From the NCBI GenBank assembly GCA_038087875.1, contig CM075988.1:23438001-23502000 (forward strand): a DNA stretch of 64,000 bases, written 5' to 3'. The DNA comes from Malacoraja senta (lineage: Eukaryota). The translations under genes and the position numbers were made by a program. Below the pieces are notes generated by a model, which saw only the letters and a program-made list of their open reading frames with translations, was not told the DNA's origin and ran no database searches. This document shows, one piece after another, positions 23,990 through 36,251 of the stretch; the first letter of the stretch is position 1, and every line of letters begins with the position of its first letter.

Positions 23990-26430
23990 CATCAATGCTC
24001 AAGCCTTGCTGAAGTCCCAAAGACAAGATCCTCGTCAATTCTGTTAAGCCTGTCCCACTTGGGAGACCTCCACCGCGACCTCTGGCGACCTTGCCCGCGA
24101 CCCATAGTCGCGGCAATGTCGCCACGAGGTCGTAGGAGGTCTTCATCACTCTCCTTCATGGTCGAGAATGGTCACCGCGAAGTCGAGGCTTCAGCTAGGT
24201 CGCGGCGTATTTTTCAAGATGTTAAAAATTGGCCGCAACTAAAAATAGGTCGCCGTGGGAAAAGTCGATCTTTTTTTAGTCGTAGTCGGTCATAGTAGGT
24301 CGTGATGCTAGTCGTAGGTAGTCGAAGGTAATAGCTCCGCAGTAGAAGAAAGGGGTAATTTAAACAGCAGAACATCACCTCTGTCACTCCAAGGCATGTT
24401 CATTCATAGCTGGAGAGTTTTTTGGAGAGGGGAATAGTGTTTTCGAGATGGCACCAAAAAGGCAGCAGTGCAGGGGGAGGGCACAACCCTCAAATAAACC
24501 TGCCATGCAGGTGTTGCCCACCCAGGGGGAGGAGTGGCAGGAGGTGATGCCACAGGAGGTGATAGTGCAGGAGGAGATAGCCCTGCATGAGAGACCCCTG
24601 GAGGAGGAGACCAGGGTGGCAGTATATGTCCCCACCACCACCCCATCCTTCACTACCTCATTTGAAGGCAGCAAAGCAGCCCTTTCTCCTGTGTCTGACA
24701 CAGCATCAGAGGCAGATGCCCCAGTGGTGGTGAGGGAGGGCTGGAGAAAGGTTATGCCCTACACCTTCACCAGGCAGCAGGAGGGGGACCTTGAGGAAAG
24801 GTTCCAGCAGAATGCCATCCTGTACGATAAGGAAAATGAGGGGTACAGGGACAAGAATGGCATGCTTGCTATCCACTGCCCCACATGTGTGATCAAAAAG
24901 TTCCATCTCTTCCAGTCATCTGGTGTAATGGGACAGTCCATCACATCATCTCCATTCACTCATTGAGACCTCTTCTTGTGCTTCCTCTTCACTCTTGCTC
25001 TTCCCCTTCTGCCTTTCTTAAAAGGCTGCTGAAGCAAAAGGGCGACTGCAAACAGCAGTAGTTGTATTTTTACTAACATCCTCCAAACTAGTTCCTTCCT
25101 TGCTTGCATGGTTCAGAATATTTTTTTTTTAAACCTGGGAGGCATTTTTTAGTGAGAAGAAAATGCAGACATGACATCATTTTATCAGGTGATCATTTGA
25201 GCTGTAGACACTCGTCACTGGTCTTTGTTGGTTTTCCGTGTGGTCCTCTGAGGTGGAAGGGGTTCGTGCTCATTCACGGACCAATTTGCCAGAGACCATC
25301 CTCGAGTAAAACGTACATGGTCGAAGCCAGTCTTCAACATAGTCGAAGGAGGTCGAAGGAGGTCTTCTTCATAGTCGAGGGAGGTCTTCAACATAGTCAT
25401 AGGAGGTCGTACACATAGTCGTGGAAGGTCGTAGGTCACCGCGACCTTGATTTTTTTAAAGTCGCTTAAGGTCGCGGTGGAGGTCTCCTAAGTGGGACAG
25501 GCCCTTTAGTCATTTCTTTAAAAAACTCAATAAAATGATTTATTGCGTTCAAAGCAAAGCTGACCATCACTAAACAATCCTTGTCTTTCCAAATGCAGAT
25601 AGATCCTAGGCTCAGAATATCTTCTGATAATTTCCCAACCACTGATGTTAGGTTTACCACCCTGTTGTTCCCTAGCATGTTCTTGCAGCCTTTCTTAAAG
25701 GCTCAATATTAGCCACCCTCCAATCTTCTGATAGCTCACCTGCAGCCGAGTAAGATACAAAACCCCCTGCCAAGTCCTCAGCAATTCCTACGTGGAATTA
25801 TCGACCTTTATCTATGTTAATAGTGTCAAAACCCCTTTTCATAATATCAATATGTTTCAGGACATCACTGTGCTTCGTCTCTGATTTCCCTAGTTTCTAT
25901 GATCTCCTCCACAGTAAATACAGATGATAAGTATTCATTTAAAATCCTGCCAATCTCCCAAGGTTCCACACCGAGATGACCACATTGATTCACATTCATC
26001 TATTCCCTCTTTAATTATTCTTTTGCTCTTTATATATACTTATAGAATCTCTGGATTCTCTTTCACCTTACCTGCCAAGATTCTCGTCATTTTTTTTTTT
26101 TTACCGTTATTCGTTCTGAAAATTATTCCTAAATCCTTTACACTAAACAGATTTGCTTGATCCCAGCTGCCAGACATAGTGTTTGCATAACTAATCACTC
26201 ATTATCCTTCATCGAGCATGGTCCCTTAATCCTTCAGCGTTGCCCAACACTCAAACATGAAAAAATGACCCTGAACTCTCCATCTCACTTTTAAATGCCT
26301 CCCAATTGCCAGATGCCCCTTTGCCTGCTCATAGCCTTTCCCAGACAACCTTTAAAAGCTCCTATTTAATGCCATAAAAATTAGCCATGCCCTAATTTAG
26401 GACTTTAATTTGTGAACCAGTCTATCTTGT
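23990..26430 (-). mobile_element. Old CR1 ORF2 remnant that hosts the Harbinger-like insertion
   Basis: NRVVNLTSVVGKL...FIEFFKEMT on the right continues as NRIDE...DFSKA on the left of the insertion. Boundaries are approximate. Confidence 0.7.
24047..25505 (+). mobile_element. Non-autonomous PIF/Harbinger-like DNA transposon with a MADF/Myb-like ORF remnant
   Basis: TIRs of about 35 bp (gcctgtcccacttgggagacctccaccgcgacct / aggtcgcggtggaggtctcctaagtgggacaggc). TTA duplicated at 24044-24046 and 25506-25508. Subterminal AGGTCG/TAGTCG arrays. ORF 24448-24966 contains EGDLEERFQQNAILYDKENEGYRDKN. Confidence 0.8.
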
Positions 26431-26431
26431 T

Positions 26432-26531
26432 CAGTCTGAAGAAGGGTCTCGACCCAAAACGTCACCTATTCCTTCTCTCCAGAGATGCTGCCTCACCCAC
26501 TGAGTTACTCCAGCATTTTGTTTCTATCTTG
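26432..26531 (+). mobile_element. Penelope-derived short element, single arm, hammerhead-like core
   Basis: CTGAAGA-a-GGGTC-tc-GACCC-aAAACGTC at 26436-26463; tctatcttg occurs on both sides. Confidence 0.8.
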
Positions 26532-26983
26532 GTCTACAACTATTTTAAAACTAACAAAGACCCTTCTCCAGAACTGAAAGCCAAAATGTCTTTGACTAAT
26601 TGAGTCAATTTTGAATAATTCATTTAAAAAATACTTTGGAAGATTGCAATTTACTTCCTAATGTAATTTTGTTTTAATGAAACACAATCATGGAATACAG
26701 CAGCAGCATAAGAGGCCAATTAACTGGTTATTCACGTGCTAGCTGTTTGGTGCAGCTCTCCAAAAATCTCTGTCCATGGAGAAATCTTTTTCCCGTGAAG
26801 ATTTTTCCATTTTATTTTGAGTTGTCTTGTGGGCAGAATTCCAGCTCAGAGCGATTGAATGCTCTTTTTAAAAGTCATCCTCACAGTTCCTGTGCTTCCA
26901 TCCTATTGTTATAAATTATCCTGATTTTTTTGGTGATCAGAAATTTACACAAAGCAATAGATTTGGTCGAACTCATGTTTTAT

Positions 26984-29052
26984 ACATAGAAACATAGAAA
27001 CATAGAAAATAGGTGCAGGAGTAGGCCATTCGGCCCTTCGAGCCTGCACCGCCATTCAATATGATCATGGCTGATCATCCAACTCAGTATCCCGTACCTG
27101 CCTTCTCTCCATACCCCCTGATCCCTTTAGCCACAAGGGCCACATCTAACTCCCTCTTAAATATAGCCAATGAACTGGCGTCAACTACCCTCTGTGGCAG
27201 AGAGTTCCAGAGATTCACCACTCTCTGTGTGAAAAAGTTTTTCCTCATCTCGGTCTTAAAGGATTTCCCCCTTATCCTTAAGCTGTGACCCCTTGTCCTG
27301 GACTTCCCCAACATCGGGAACAATCTTCCTGCATCTAGCCTGTCCAACCCCATAAGAATTTTGTACGTTTCTATAAGATCCTCTCTCAATCTCCTAAATT
27401 CTAGTGAGTATAAGCCAAGTCTATCCAGTCTTTCTTCATATGAAAGTCCTGACATCCCAGGAATCAGTCTGGTGAACCTTCTCTGCACTCCCTCTATGGC
27501 TATAATGTCCTTCCTCAGATTTGGAGACCAAAACTGTACGCAATACTCCAGGTGTGGTCTCACCAAGACCCTGTACAACTGCAGTAGAACCTCCCTGCTC
27601 CTATACTCAAATCCTCTTGCTATGAAGGCCAACATACCATTCGCTTTCTTCACTGCCTGCTGCACCTGCATGCCTACTTTCAATGACTGGTGTACCATGA
27701 CACCCAGGTCTCGCTGCACCTCCCCATTTCCTAATCGGCCACCATTTAGATAATAGTCTGCCTTCCCGTTTTTGCCACCAAAGTGGATAACCTCACATTT
27801 ATCCATATTATACTGCATCTGCCAAACATTTGCCCACTCACCCAGCCTATCCAAGTCACCTTGCAGTCTCCTAGCATCCTCCTCACAGCTAACACTGCCC
27901 CCCAGCTTAGTGTCATCCGCAAACTTGGAGATGTTGCTTTCAATTCCCTCGTCCAGATCATTAATATAAATTGTAAATAGCTGGGGTCCCAGCACTGAGC
28001 CTTGCGGTACCCCACTAGTCACTGCCTGCCATTGTGAAAAGGACCCGTTTACTCCTACTCTTTGCTTCCTGTTTGCCAGCCAGTTCTCTATCCACATCAA
28101 TACTGAAACCCCAATACCGTGTGATTTAAGTTTGTATCCTAATCTCTTATGTGGTACCTTGTCGAAAGCCTTCTGAAAGTCCAGATACAACACATCCACT
28201 GGTTCTCCCCTATCCACTCTACTAGTTACATCCTCGAAAAATTCTATAAGATTCGTCAGACACGATTTACCTTTCGTAAATCCATGCTGACTTTGTCCAA
28301 TGATTTCACCACTTTCCAAATGTGCTGCTATCCCATCTTTAATAACTGACTCTAGCAGTTTCCCCACTACCGATGTTAGACTAACTGGTCTGTAATTCCC
28401 CGTTTTCTCTCTCCCTCCCTTCTTAAAAAGTGGGGTTACGTTTGCTACCCTCCAATCCTCAGGAACTACTCCAGAATCTAAAGAATTCTGAAAAATTATC
28501 ACTAATGCATCCACTATTTCTGGAGCTACTTCCTTAAGTACTCTGGGATGCAGCCTATCTGGCCCTGGTGATTTATCGGCCTTTAATCCATTCAATTTAC
28601 CCAACACCACTTCCCGACTGACCTGGATTTCACTCAGTTCCTCCATCTCCTTTGACCCGCGGCCCCCTGCTATTTCCGGCAGATTATTTATGTCTTCCTT
28701 AGTGAAGACGGAACCAAAGTAGTTATTCAATTGGTCCGCCATATCCTTGTTCCCCATGATCAATTCACCTGTTTCTGACTGCAAGGGACCTACATTTGTT
28801 TTAACTAATCTCTTTCTCTTCACATATCTATAAAAACTTTTGCAGTCAGTTTTTATGTTCCCTGCCAGTTTCCTTTCATAATCTATTTTCCCTTTCCTAA
28901 TTAAGCCCTTTGTCCTCCTCTGCTGGTCTCTGAATTTCTCCCAGTCCTCTGGTATGCTGCTTTTTCTGGCTAATTTGTACGCAACATCTTTTGCTTTGAT
29001 ACTATCCCTGATTTCCCTTGTTATCCACGGATGCACTACCTTCCCTGATTTA
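26984..29052 (-). mobile_element. Young 5'-truncated CR1 with an uninterrupted RT frame
   Basis: ORF 27084-29135 (683 aa) with a complete RT domain and no endonuclease; (CATAGAAA)n tail at about 26984-27008. Confidence 0.95.
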
Positions 29053-29204
29053 TACCGTTTTAGAAAGATCTCCCTGCACTCGTATTCAATGACTCTACCA
29101 ATAAAGTCACATTTCTTGTGTCCCTCCTTTACCATCTTTGCAACCTGTGGTGAGAAAGTTATTGGAGGGCATTTTGAAGGACAGGATTAGACCTATTAGG
29201 GATA

Positions 29205-29330
29205 GTCAGAAGGGTCCCGACCCAAAAGATCTCCCATCCATGATCTTCAAAGTTGCTGCCTGATCCGCACAATTACTCCAGCACTGCGTCCTTTTGTAAA
29301 CCAGCACCTACAGTTCCTCATTTCTACTTT
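29205..29330 (+). mobile_element. Degenerate Penelope-derived short element
   Basis: gaagggtcccgacccaaaa...ttactccagcact...aaaccagcacctacagttcct matches the family. Confidence 0.65.
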
Positions 29331-29544
29331 AAATCAGGTTATGTATAGCAAATGGCAGGGTGCAGGGTCCAGAGAAACACAGGGAACAGATATATTTCAC
29401 TGGACGGTAGGGAAAAGGGCATTGGTTTCATCAGTACAATAATGGGTACAATAATTCGGACTCTACAAGTCATTGGTGATACCAGATTTGGAGCACTGCG
29501 TGCAGTTCTGGTAACCCAGCTATCGCAAGGATGTTTATGCATCC

Positions 29545-29905
29545 AACACACCATTCTCTGATATTTCCACCATCTTCAATGTGATCCCATTATCAGTCCC
29601 ATCTTCCTGCACCATCTCTTTCCGGTGAGACCACTTTTTCCATAACTCATTAGTTTGCTCATTTCTCACCACACAACCCAGCCCCTCCCCAAGCCTTTTC
29701 CTTTGCAACCACAGGATGTGTAACATATCCCCTACACCCTCTCTCTCATTTCCATCCAGGGACTAGAGGAGCTCTTCCAGGCAAGGGGAGGTTCACATAT
29801 AATGTTTCCAACCTTGTTTGTTGCATTCGGTGCTCCCGGTGTGGCCTCCTTTACAAATGTGAGACCAAGTGTAGGCTAACGCCGTTTTTCAGAACACGTG
29901 TACTA
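29545..29905 (+). mobile_element. Degenerate Penelope-like GIY-YIG fragment
   Basis: Colinear with 56170-56550 (gatatttccaccatcttcaatgtgatccc; tccaaccttgtttgttgcattcggtgctccc; gagaccaagtgtaggct). Confidence 0.7.
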
Positions 29906-30059
29906 ACTTACAACCCAATGGTATGAACAGCAAATTCTCTCATTTGAAGTAATACCCCTATACCCCACCTCTTTCTCCTGCCCCTCCAACCCCGTACACA
30001 CACACATTCCTACTGTCACTGGGACTGGAGGTCTTGAGTTATAAGCCTTGAGTGATGAG

Positions 30060-30430
30060 CTAGGACAGTTTTCCCTGTAATATAGAAGGCTGAGGGATGA
30101 ACATACAGAATCACTAGGGGCATAGATGGGATAAATAGACACAGTATTTTCCCAGGATAGAAAAGTCAAAAACTACAGTACATAGATTTAAGTTGAGAGG
30201 GAAAGTTTTTTTTTTTAAGCGGCTAGAGAGGCAACTTTTTCCACTCAGAGGGTGGTGTATGTGGAACAAGCTGCCAAGGGAAACTTTCGAGGCAGGTTTG
30301 AAAGATACAATGTTTGAAAGATATTTGGACATGGACAGGAAAAGCCTAGAGATATGGGCCAAACACAGGCAAATGTGATTAACTCAAATAGACATCTTGT
30401 CGGCACTAACAAATTAGGCCAAAGGGCTGA
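30060..30430 (+). mobile_element. Old CR1 3' fragment
   Basis: FPLRGWCMWNKLPRET...MFERYLDM resembles the CR1 ORF2 C-terminus. Confidence 0.65.
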
Positions 30431-30786
30431 AATTTGGAAAGCTTTACTCCCTCTTTCAGATGTTGACTAAACTTGATTATGTACTTCCACAGTTCTGCAT
30501 TAATGTCCATCAATACTTGTGCAGGATAAAGTGACCTCATGATAAATGACTCTACATAATGCTTGCAGTGCTTCTCCCTGATGATGCAGACATCAAGAAC
30601 TTCAAAACATTACCATTAGTCTTCATACATTTGATCCCAAGTCAATTTACATTACAGTGCAAACAAAGATGTGTCCAGTATTCAGGTCACACTGGCAAAC
30701 AAGAGGAGAAATGCATTTATAACATTAATAGCATCAGTGATGAAGAACACTAGTACAGAGTTCCCTAAATAAATATGGTGCAATAA

Positions 30787-31085
30787 GTAATAATAATAAT
30801 AATAATCATTTTATTTACTGGCGCCTTTCTAAAACCCAAGGACACCTTACAATGCATAGAATCACAACAAAACAAAAAAAAAAACACATAATCGGAATAA
30901 ATTAAATTAAAAAAAAACACCACAGTACACAAATCAAGGACAGAATTCAATTTCAAAAGCACCAAAAGAAAATAAGAAACACAATTTGAGGAGAGAGCAG
31001 CGGCGACCAATTCGCGCCAGCGTCCACTCTCCCCTCCGACCGCCATCTTGTACACGGACTGACAGGCACAGGCACAGGCACAGTA
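30787..31085 (-). mobile_element. Short non-autonomous element with an L2-like 3' tail
   Basis: The minus strand has a GC-rich head with caagatggcgg and ends tgtaaggtgtccttggg...gaaaggcgcc...aaataaaatg(ATT)n. Confidence 0.6.
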
Positions 31086-31729
31086 CAACATCAATTAAAT
31101 ATAATACCTGAAGGCTGAGGGACTTGATTGATTTTGAGAGGCAGTGAAATTAACAGTTAATTGTACATAGTGGGTCATTTTACTTGATTAGGTTTTGAAT
31201 GAACATTGAATATCAGAATGCCAGTTGGAAGTGTAACCCAAAACATCATTTTTTGAAAATGGTTAAAATGAAGGAATAAATAACCCAGATCCATACAATT
31301 TAACTTCTAAAGATTAACAAATATCATGTATATTTAATTAAATTCTGCTGAAAATGTTTAGTCACGCATCATAAACTGAAGCCTAGTCTAATAGTCATTT
31401 CTTTATAAAATTGTAACATGGTTGCTTTATAACTGAAACTGTTGGGAACCCCTTCTGAGTAAGACTATTGGCATGCTAGACGAGGAACTTGAAAAACAAA
31501 AAAGGCAAAATGAATGCTAGCAAGGATATTTTGGCAATTGGTAATTTAAATCTGTAGAAACGTTCTTTAACAAAGTCACAGATTTTAAAGAAGTTAGAAC
31601 TAACATGAGTATTAAGCTCAACAATTTAAAAAACAGCCCAACATGTCAACACGTGTATTTCATCGAAATATTTTTTGCTTTAAACATTTCCCTCCAACTT
31701 GCCCCCTCCCCAGGATTATCATACAAGCA

Positions 31730-32054
31730 CAGTGCCCTCCATAATGTTTGGGACAAAGATCCATCATTTATTTACTTGCCTCTGTATTCCACAATTTGAG
31801 ATTTGTAATAGAAAAAAAAAAGAAACATGTGGTTAAAGTGCACGTTGTCAGATTTGGGGGGGGGGGGGGCTAAGTATAAACACGCTGTAATTTCTATATG
31901 GTGACACCAAAATGTATAAAAATGGCTTTAATAAAATCTGACAATGTGCACTTTAACCACATGTGATTTTTTCTATTTCAAATCTCAAATTGTGGAGTAC
32001 AGAGGCAAATAAATAAATGACAGGTCTTTGTCCCAAACATTATGGAGGGCACTG
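31730..32054. mobile_element. Tc1-derived MITE made almost entirely of the two TIRs
   Basis: cagtgccctccataatgtttgggacaaag... / ...ctttgtcccaaacattatggagggcactg|TA. The TIR is the same as in the copies at 52.6-53.9 kb and 58.5-60.7 kb. Confidence 0.9.
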
Positions 32055-33167
32055 TACATAGAGGTTCACAAAGAGTTTGAAACTTTTGGATTTCCTCATA
32101 AATTTCATTGGAAGGGCCTGACTCAATGAAGTCAAATCTAATTAAAGGAAATTGCTGATCAGTCACATACGTCAGCAACTGTCCGCCACAATTGTTTGAC
32201 TTTGCAGCTTGCCAAACAGATCAGATAACTAGAGTGCAGGGATGAAAGCTGAGAGAATGCAACAGTACTAAAAATATGATATTTATCAATGACCAGAACT
32301 AAGGTACAATGCACGGGGAGCAATTCCTTAAAATGTCCAATGAAGCAGAGTGGTCTCCCGTGTTCTATAAGACAGTGCACCAACAAGGCAACTTCTGTAA
32401 TGCACAATGTTTGCATAGATCCAAACCCAATAAAATGTAGGAAATTCCTAGGTGCCTGAACTGATGCAAAAAGGAAAAAGGGAGCAAGAGGGAATACATG
32501 GAGCAAGGGAGTTAGGAGGAGCGCAACAAGATAATCGGGTGCAGTGTTCTTTTGGGGGGGGGGGGGAAGAGATAAATTAAGCTAGAGCAAACAGTGGTGA
32601 GAACAAGTAAGAGAAGACACTGGTTGCAGGAAGCAAGAAGAGCAAGCTAGGGCATGCGAGGGGAAGGGGGGTAAAACTTGGGGTAAAGGGGAGGGGAAGA
32701 GCAAACAAGCTTAAAGTGGGGAACAGTGGACAAGTTTGGAGTGGGTTGTAGTGGGTTTTGTTGATGTTTACAGCTGGTCTGGCACACCCATCAGCCTACG
32801 CTTTTAAAGAAACCACATACAGGTTGAGAGTCGACCTTAACGCCGATGTAAAGTGTGAATGAAACTGTGCTCGTAGTTCTTGCCAGCTTCACACGAGCGC
32901 ACGGCCGCGGGTTGCGATCTCTGCAGATTCTCACATTTTGTAAACCATCAGAGTAAAGGCTGTCTCACTGCTGCATAACTCTGTCTGCTTGCCTGTTAGC
33001 CACAGGTGCTCGGTAAAGACAGGGGCTGAGAATCTCTCACAGAGACAGCAACATGCAGAAACGGGTGGTCGATAGTGCCTGTCACGGTCAAACTTTAAAC
33101 AAGGTCACATCACGAGGGCGACGTGACTGTAAAGTTGGCTTTGCTAAAAGTGTAGGAAGGAACTTTC

Positions 33168-33395
33168 AACCAGAGTTGTGAATCTGTGGAATTCTCTGCC
33201 ACAGAAGGCAGTGGAGGCCAATTCACTGGATGTTTTCAAGAGAGAGTTAGATTTAGCTCTTAGGGCCAATGGAATCATGGGATATGTGGAGAAAGCAGGA
33301 ACAGGGTACTGATTTTGGATGATCAGCCATGATCATATTGAATGGCAGTGCTGGCTTGAAGGGTCGAATGGCCTGCTCCTACATTCTATGTTTCT
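33168..33395 (+). mobile_element. CR1 3' end fragment
   Basis: cagagttgtgaatctgtggaattctctgccacag...gaatggcctgctcct...ttctatgtttcta. Confidence 0.85.
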
Positions 33396-34504
33396 AGGTA
33401 GAGATTTGGGCAAGTGGATCAAGCCATGGAAGGGGTTGGGGGTGGAATTGCCTGAATCAAAGTGAACTCAGAGTCAGGGCAGACAGGCAATTGAAAACAA
33501 GTATAGTAAGTAGGGGAGAGCAAACAATGAGCAACAAAGGAGGAGCAAGTATGTGAAGAGAAATTAGTTTGGGCCAGGTACTGCAATAGAAAAGGGGCAA
33601 AACTGAGGTGTATCAATAGATGGAAAAGAGGAAGAAAGGGAATATGGAGATCTAGGATGGGGCGTAATGCGAAAAAACAAATTGCAATTTCAATTAATCA
33701 CTTGCCAATTTCAAAGTTTTGTCAAAATTGATCTGTGTAGCTCTTCAAAATGCTGGCATGTTTCTGTTCCTATGTGCTTGACTTTGCTTACTTTAAAATA
33801 TTCATTTGATACACCATTTCATAATTCATCTTACACGCAAACAATTACATGTGGAAACGGGCTGATGTTTTGCCAACAAACACAAAAACATACTATAAAT
33901 ACGTTACCAAACAGTGCAGTACTTCATAGTTCATTTGTAAACCCAGCTTACCCATTTGGAGAGACACAATGATTTCATGAACAAATTGTTTTTTACCCCC
34001 TAAATTATAATGGTAATTTCTTTAAAATTGAAAAAGTTGGCTCTAAATTTACAGAAAACATTAGTTAAGGATCAAAATTGGTTTTGAAAGGTATCCTAAA
34101 AGTAAGCCATGTGGGAAATGCTTACTGAAGTGCTAGAAAATGCATGGATTCTTATTATTTTGCAGTTCAAACAGATTTATTTTGGTGAACACCAGTGGGA
34201 ACAATTTTTGTAAAAGGATATACTTAACCTCCAATGGACACTTAATTAAGATATTTGATTATTACACTGTAATTGTGCACGTCTTTTTAGTGCTTAAAGT
34301 TTTGAGGTACATAAATATGCAGGAAATGAAAAAATGTGGACGGTTAATTGAAAGAAGGGAGTAGTTTAGTTTGGCATCATGGCGGAGACATCTGGGCTGA
34401 AAAGCCTACTTCTACTGTGTACTGTTCTATGTTCTCTCGAGTAAAATTTGAATTCAATCTTCCAACTCAGTCGTGATAAAGGTATCAGGGTACATTTACA
34501 CAGT

Positions 34505-34632
34505 GGTCAGGCAGGTTAAAACTTGCCCCCAGTGTGTAGGACATAGAACCAGTGAATGGGTGATCAATGGTCGGCGTGGACTCGGGGAGCTGAAGGGCCC
34601 GTTTCCACACTATCGCTAAATCCAACTAAACC
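34505..34632 (+). mobile_element. SINE 3' portion with a CR1-type tail (HE1-like)
   Basis: ttgccccagtgtgtagga...tggtcggcgtggactcgg...gaagggcccgtttccac...aactaaac. Confidence 0.55.
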
Positions 34633-35171
34633 ATTTTATAACAGTTTAAATTCATTCTTTTCTCTTTTACCTTTCTAGATCGCATTCAAAAGTATTTTTG
34701 TTATTTGCCTCAAGTATTTTGGATAAGAAATTTCAGTTGAATTCCCCATTGGATTTATAGTTATGTTTTTTTTAATTATGAAACATCTGTGTGTACTGAG
34801 TACATTCAAAGTTTACTAGTTTTCCTGTTTCTTGAATAAAAGTCCCAGCTCATTCTCTACGAGTTATGATTTTTGTAAATCTCTGCATATGAACAATATT
34901 GCATCAAAAGTTAGTGAATTGCTATTTCTGTTGTTTTTCTCAATATTAAAAAATTAGAACAGGATCTATTTTTGAGCTGTGAACTGGTATGAATTATATA
35001 AATGCTGTTAATTAATGATGATTGTAGCATTGCAGGACTCATAATTTGTATGTTTAATGCAGCATTTTATCTAATAAATAGTTTACAAATCACTTGCAAA
35101 AACCAATACTGCCTTAAATGTATCAAACCAATAATCATTAGAATCACACAACCTGCTAGAAAAGCAATCTC

Positions 35172-35395
35172 ATGTGCAGGAAGGAACTGACAGATGTTGG
35201 TTTAAACCGAACATAGACACAAAATGCTGGAGTAACTCAGCAGGTCAGGCAGCATCTCTGGAGAGAAGGAATGGGTGACTTTTCAGGTCGAGGGTCAAAT
35301 TCGAAGAACGGTCTCGACCCGAACGTCACCCATTCCTTCTCTCCAGAGATGCTGCCTGACCTGCTGAGTTATACCAGCATTTTGTGTCCATATTC
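35172..35395. mobile_element. Short palindromic Penelope-derived element
   Basis: Inverted arms acacaaaatgctggagtaactcagcaggtcaggcagcatctctggagagaaggaatgggtgac and its reverse complement surround a degenerate hammerhead-like centre (ggtctcgacccgaacgtca). Confidence 0.85.
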
Positions 35396-35484
35396 GGAAC
35401 AGCAATCTCCTTCCAAATGTACAGTCACACAGAAAAAATCTTTCAGAAAAGGGTTTCACATTTTATAAACTAGAACGAAGAAAT

Positions 35485-35720
35485 GGGCAACACAATGGCA
35501 TTGCTGGTTGTCACGATACCTACACAGCTCCAGCAATCAGGATTTAATTCTGAACTGCAGAGGAGTCTATTTGGAGTTTTATATTCTCCCTCTTACTGAG
35601 AGTTTCTCCCAGATACTCTGACTTCCACATCCCAAAGGGCTGATTATTAGGTTAATTAGCTACTGTAAATTACTGCTAATGTAGTGGTGGAATGCACATG
35701 GTAATAATGGACGTGAAAAA
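35485..35720 (+). mobile_element. Degenerate tRNA-derived V-SINE/HE1-like SINE
   Basis: Colinear with the cleaner copy at 62340-62523 (gggcaacacaatggc...ttctccc...ccacatcccaaag...ggttaattagctactgtaaatt). Confidence 0.6.
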
Positions 35721-36251
35721 TAATAGGTTGCAGAGAATGGGAAGGGGAATGGATTTGCTCTGTTTGAATTTTATGCGATGTATGGCCTCTTCCACAAGGA
35801 AACATGGAAATATTATCAAAGAAAATAAATAATTTCTAGGATTTTTCTTCTCACTCAGCTATCTCATTTGAAAATTGGTGACATCTTTAGATTTCTCAGT
35901 TAAGAGTTACAAGCCCTTGTATTTGCAGATCCCACTTATAAAATCATTAAATTTCAGCTTAGTTAAAATTCTACGGGTGCTTTACCTTTACATCCAAGCA
36001 AATACACCATAAGCATATCACAAATCTGACCCTATCATTGGAAGCGTACACATTGTCCAGGTAATATTCAGTAGCAATTTCACTTGTTGATTTTTATCAC
36101 TATTTACTAACCCAAGTACGTAGAGTTTAAATGCCTCGTTCAAATTAATAATTAAAAATGGAAAATTTGGGGCAGAATTGTCCTCAAAAGTGCATTTACA
36201 ATTGGATTATCAAATGTGTAGTCTTTTCATACTGTCAGAAAATGTACTTGC

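Noticed and set aside
24100..25480. Regularly recurring GTCG motifs resembling a CRISPR-like array
   Set aside because: The motifs are only 5-9 bp, irregularly spaced and confined to the subterminal regions of a TIR element in a vertebrate genome.
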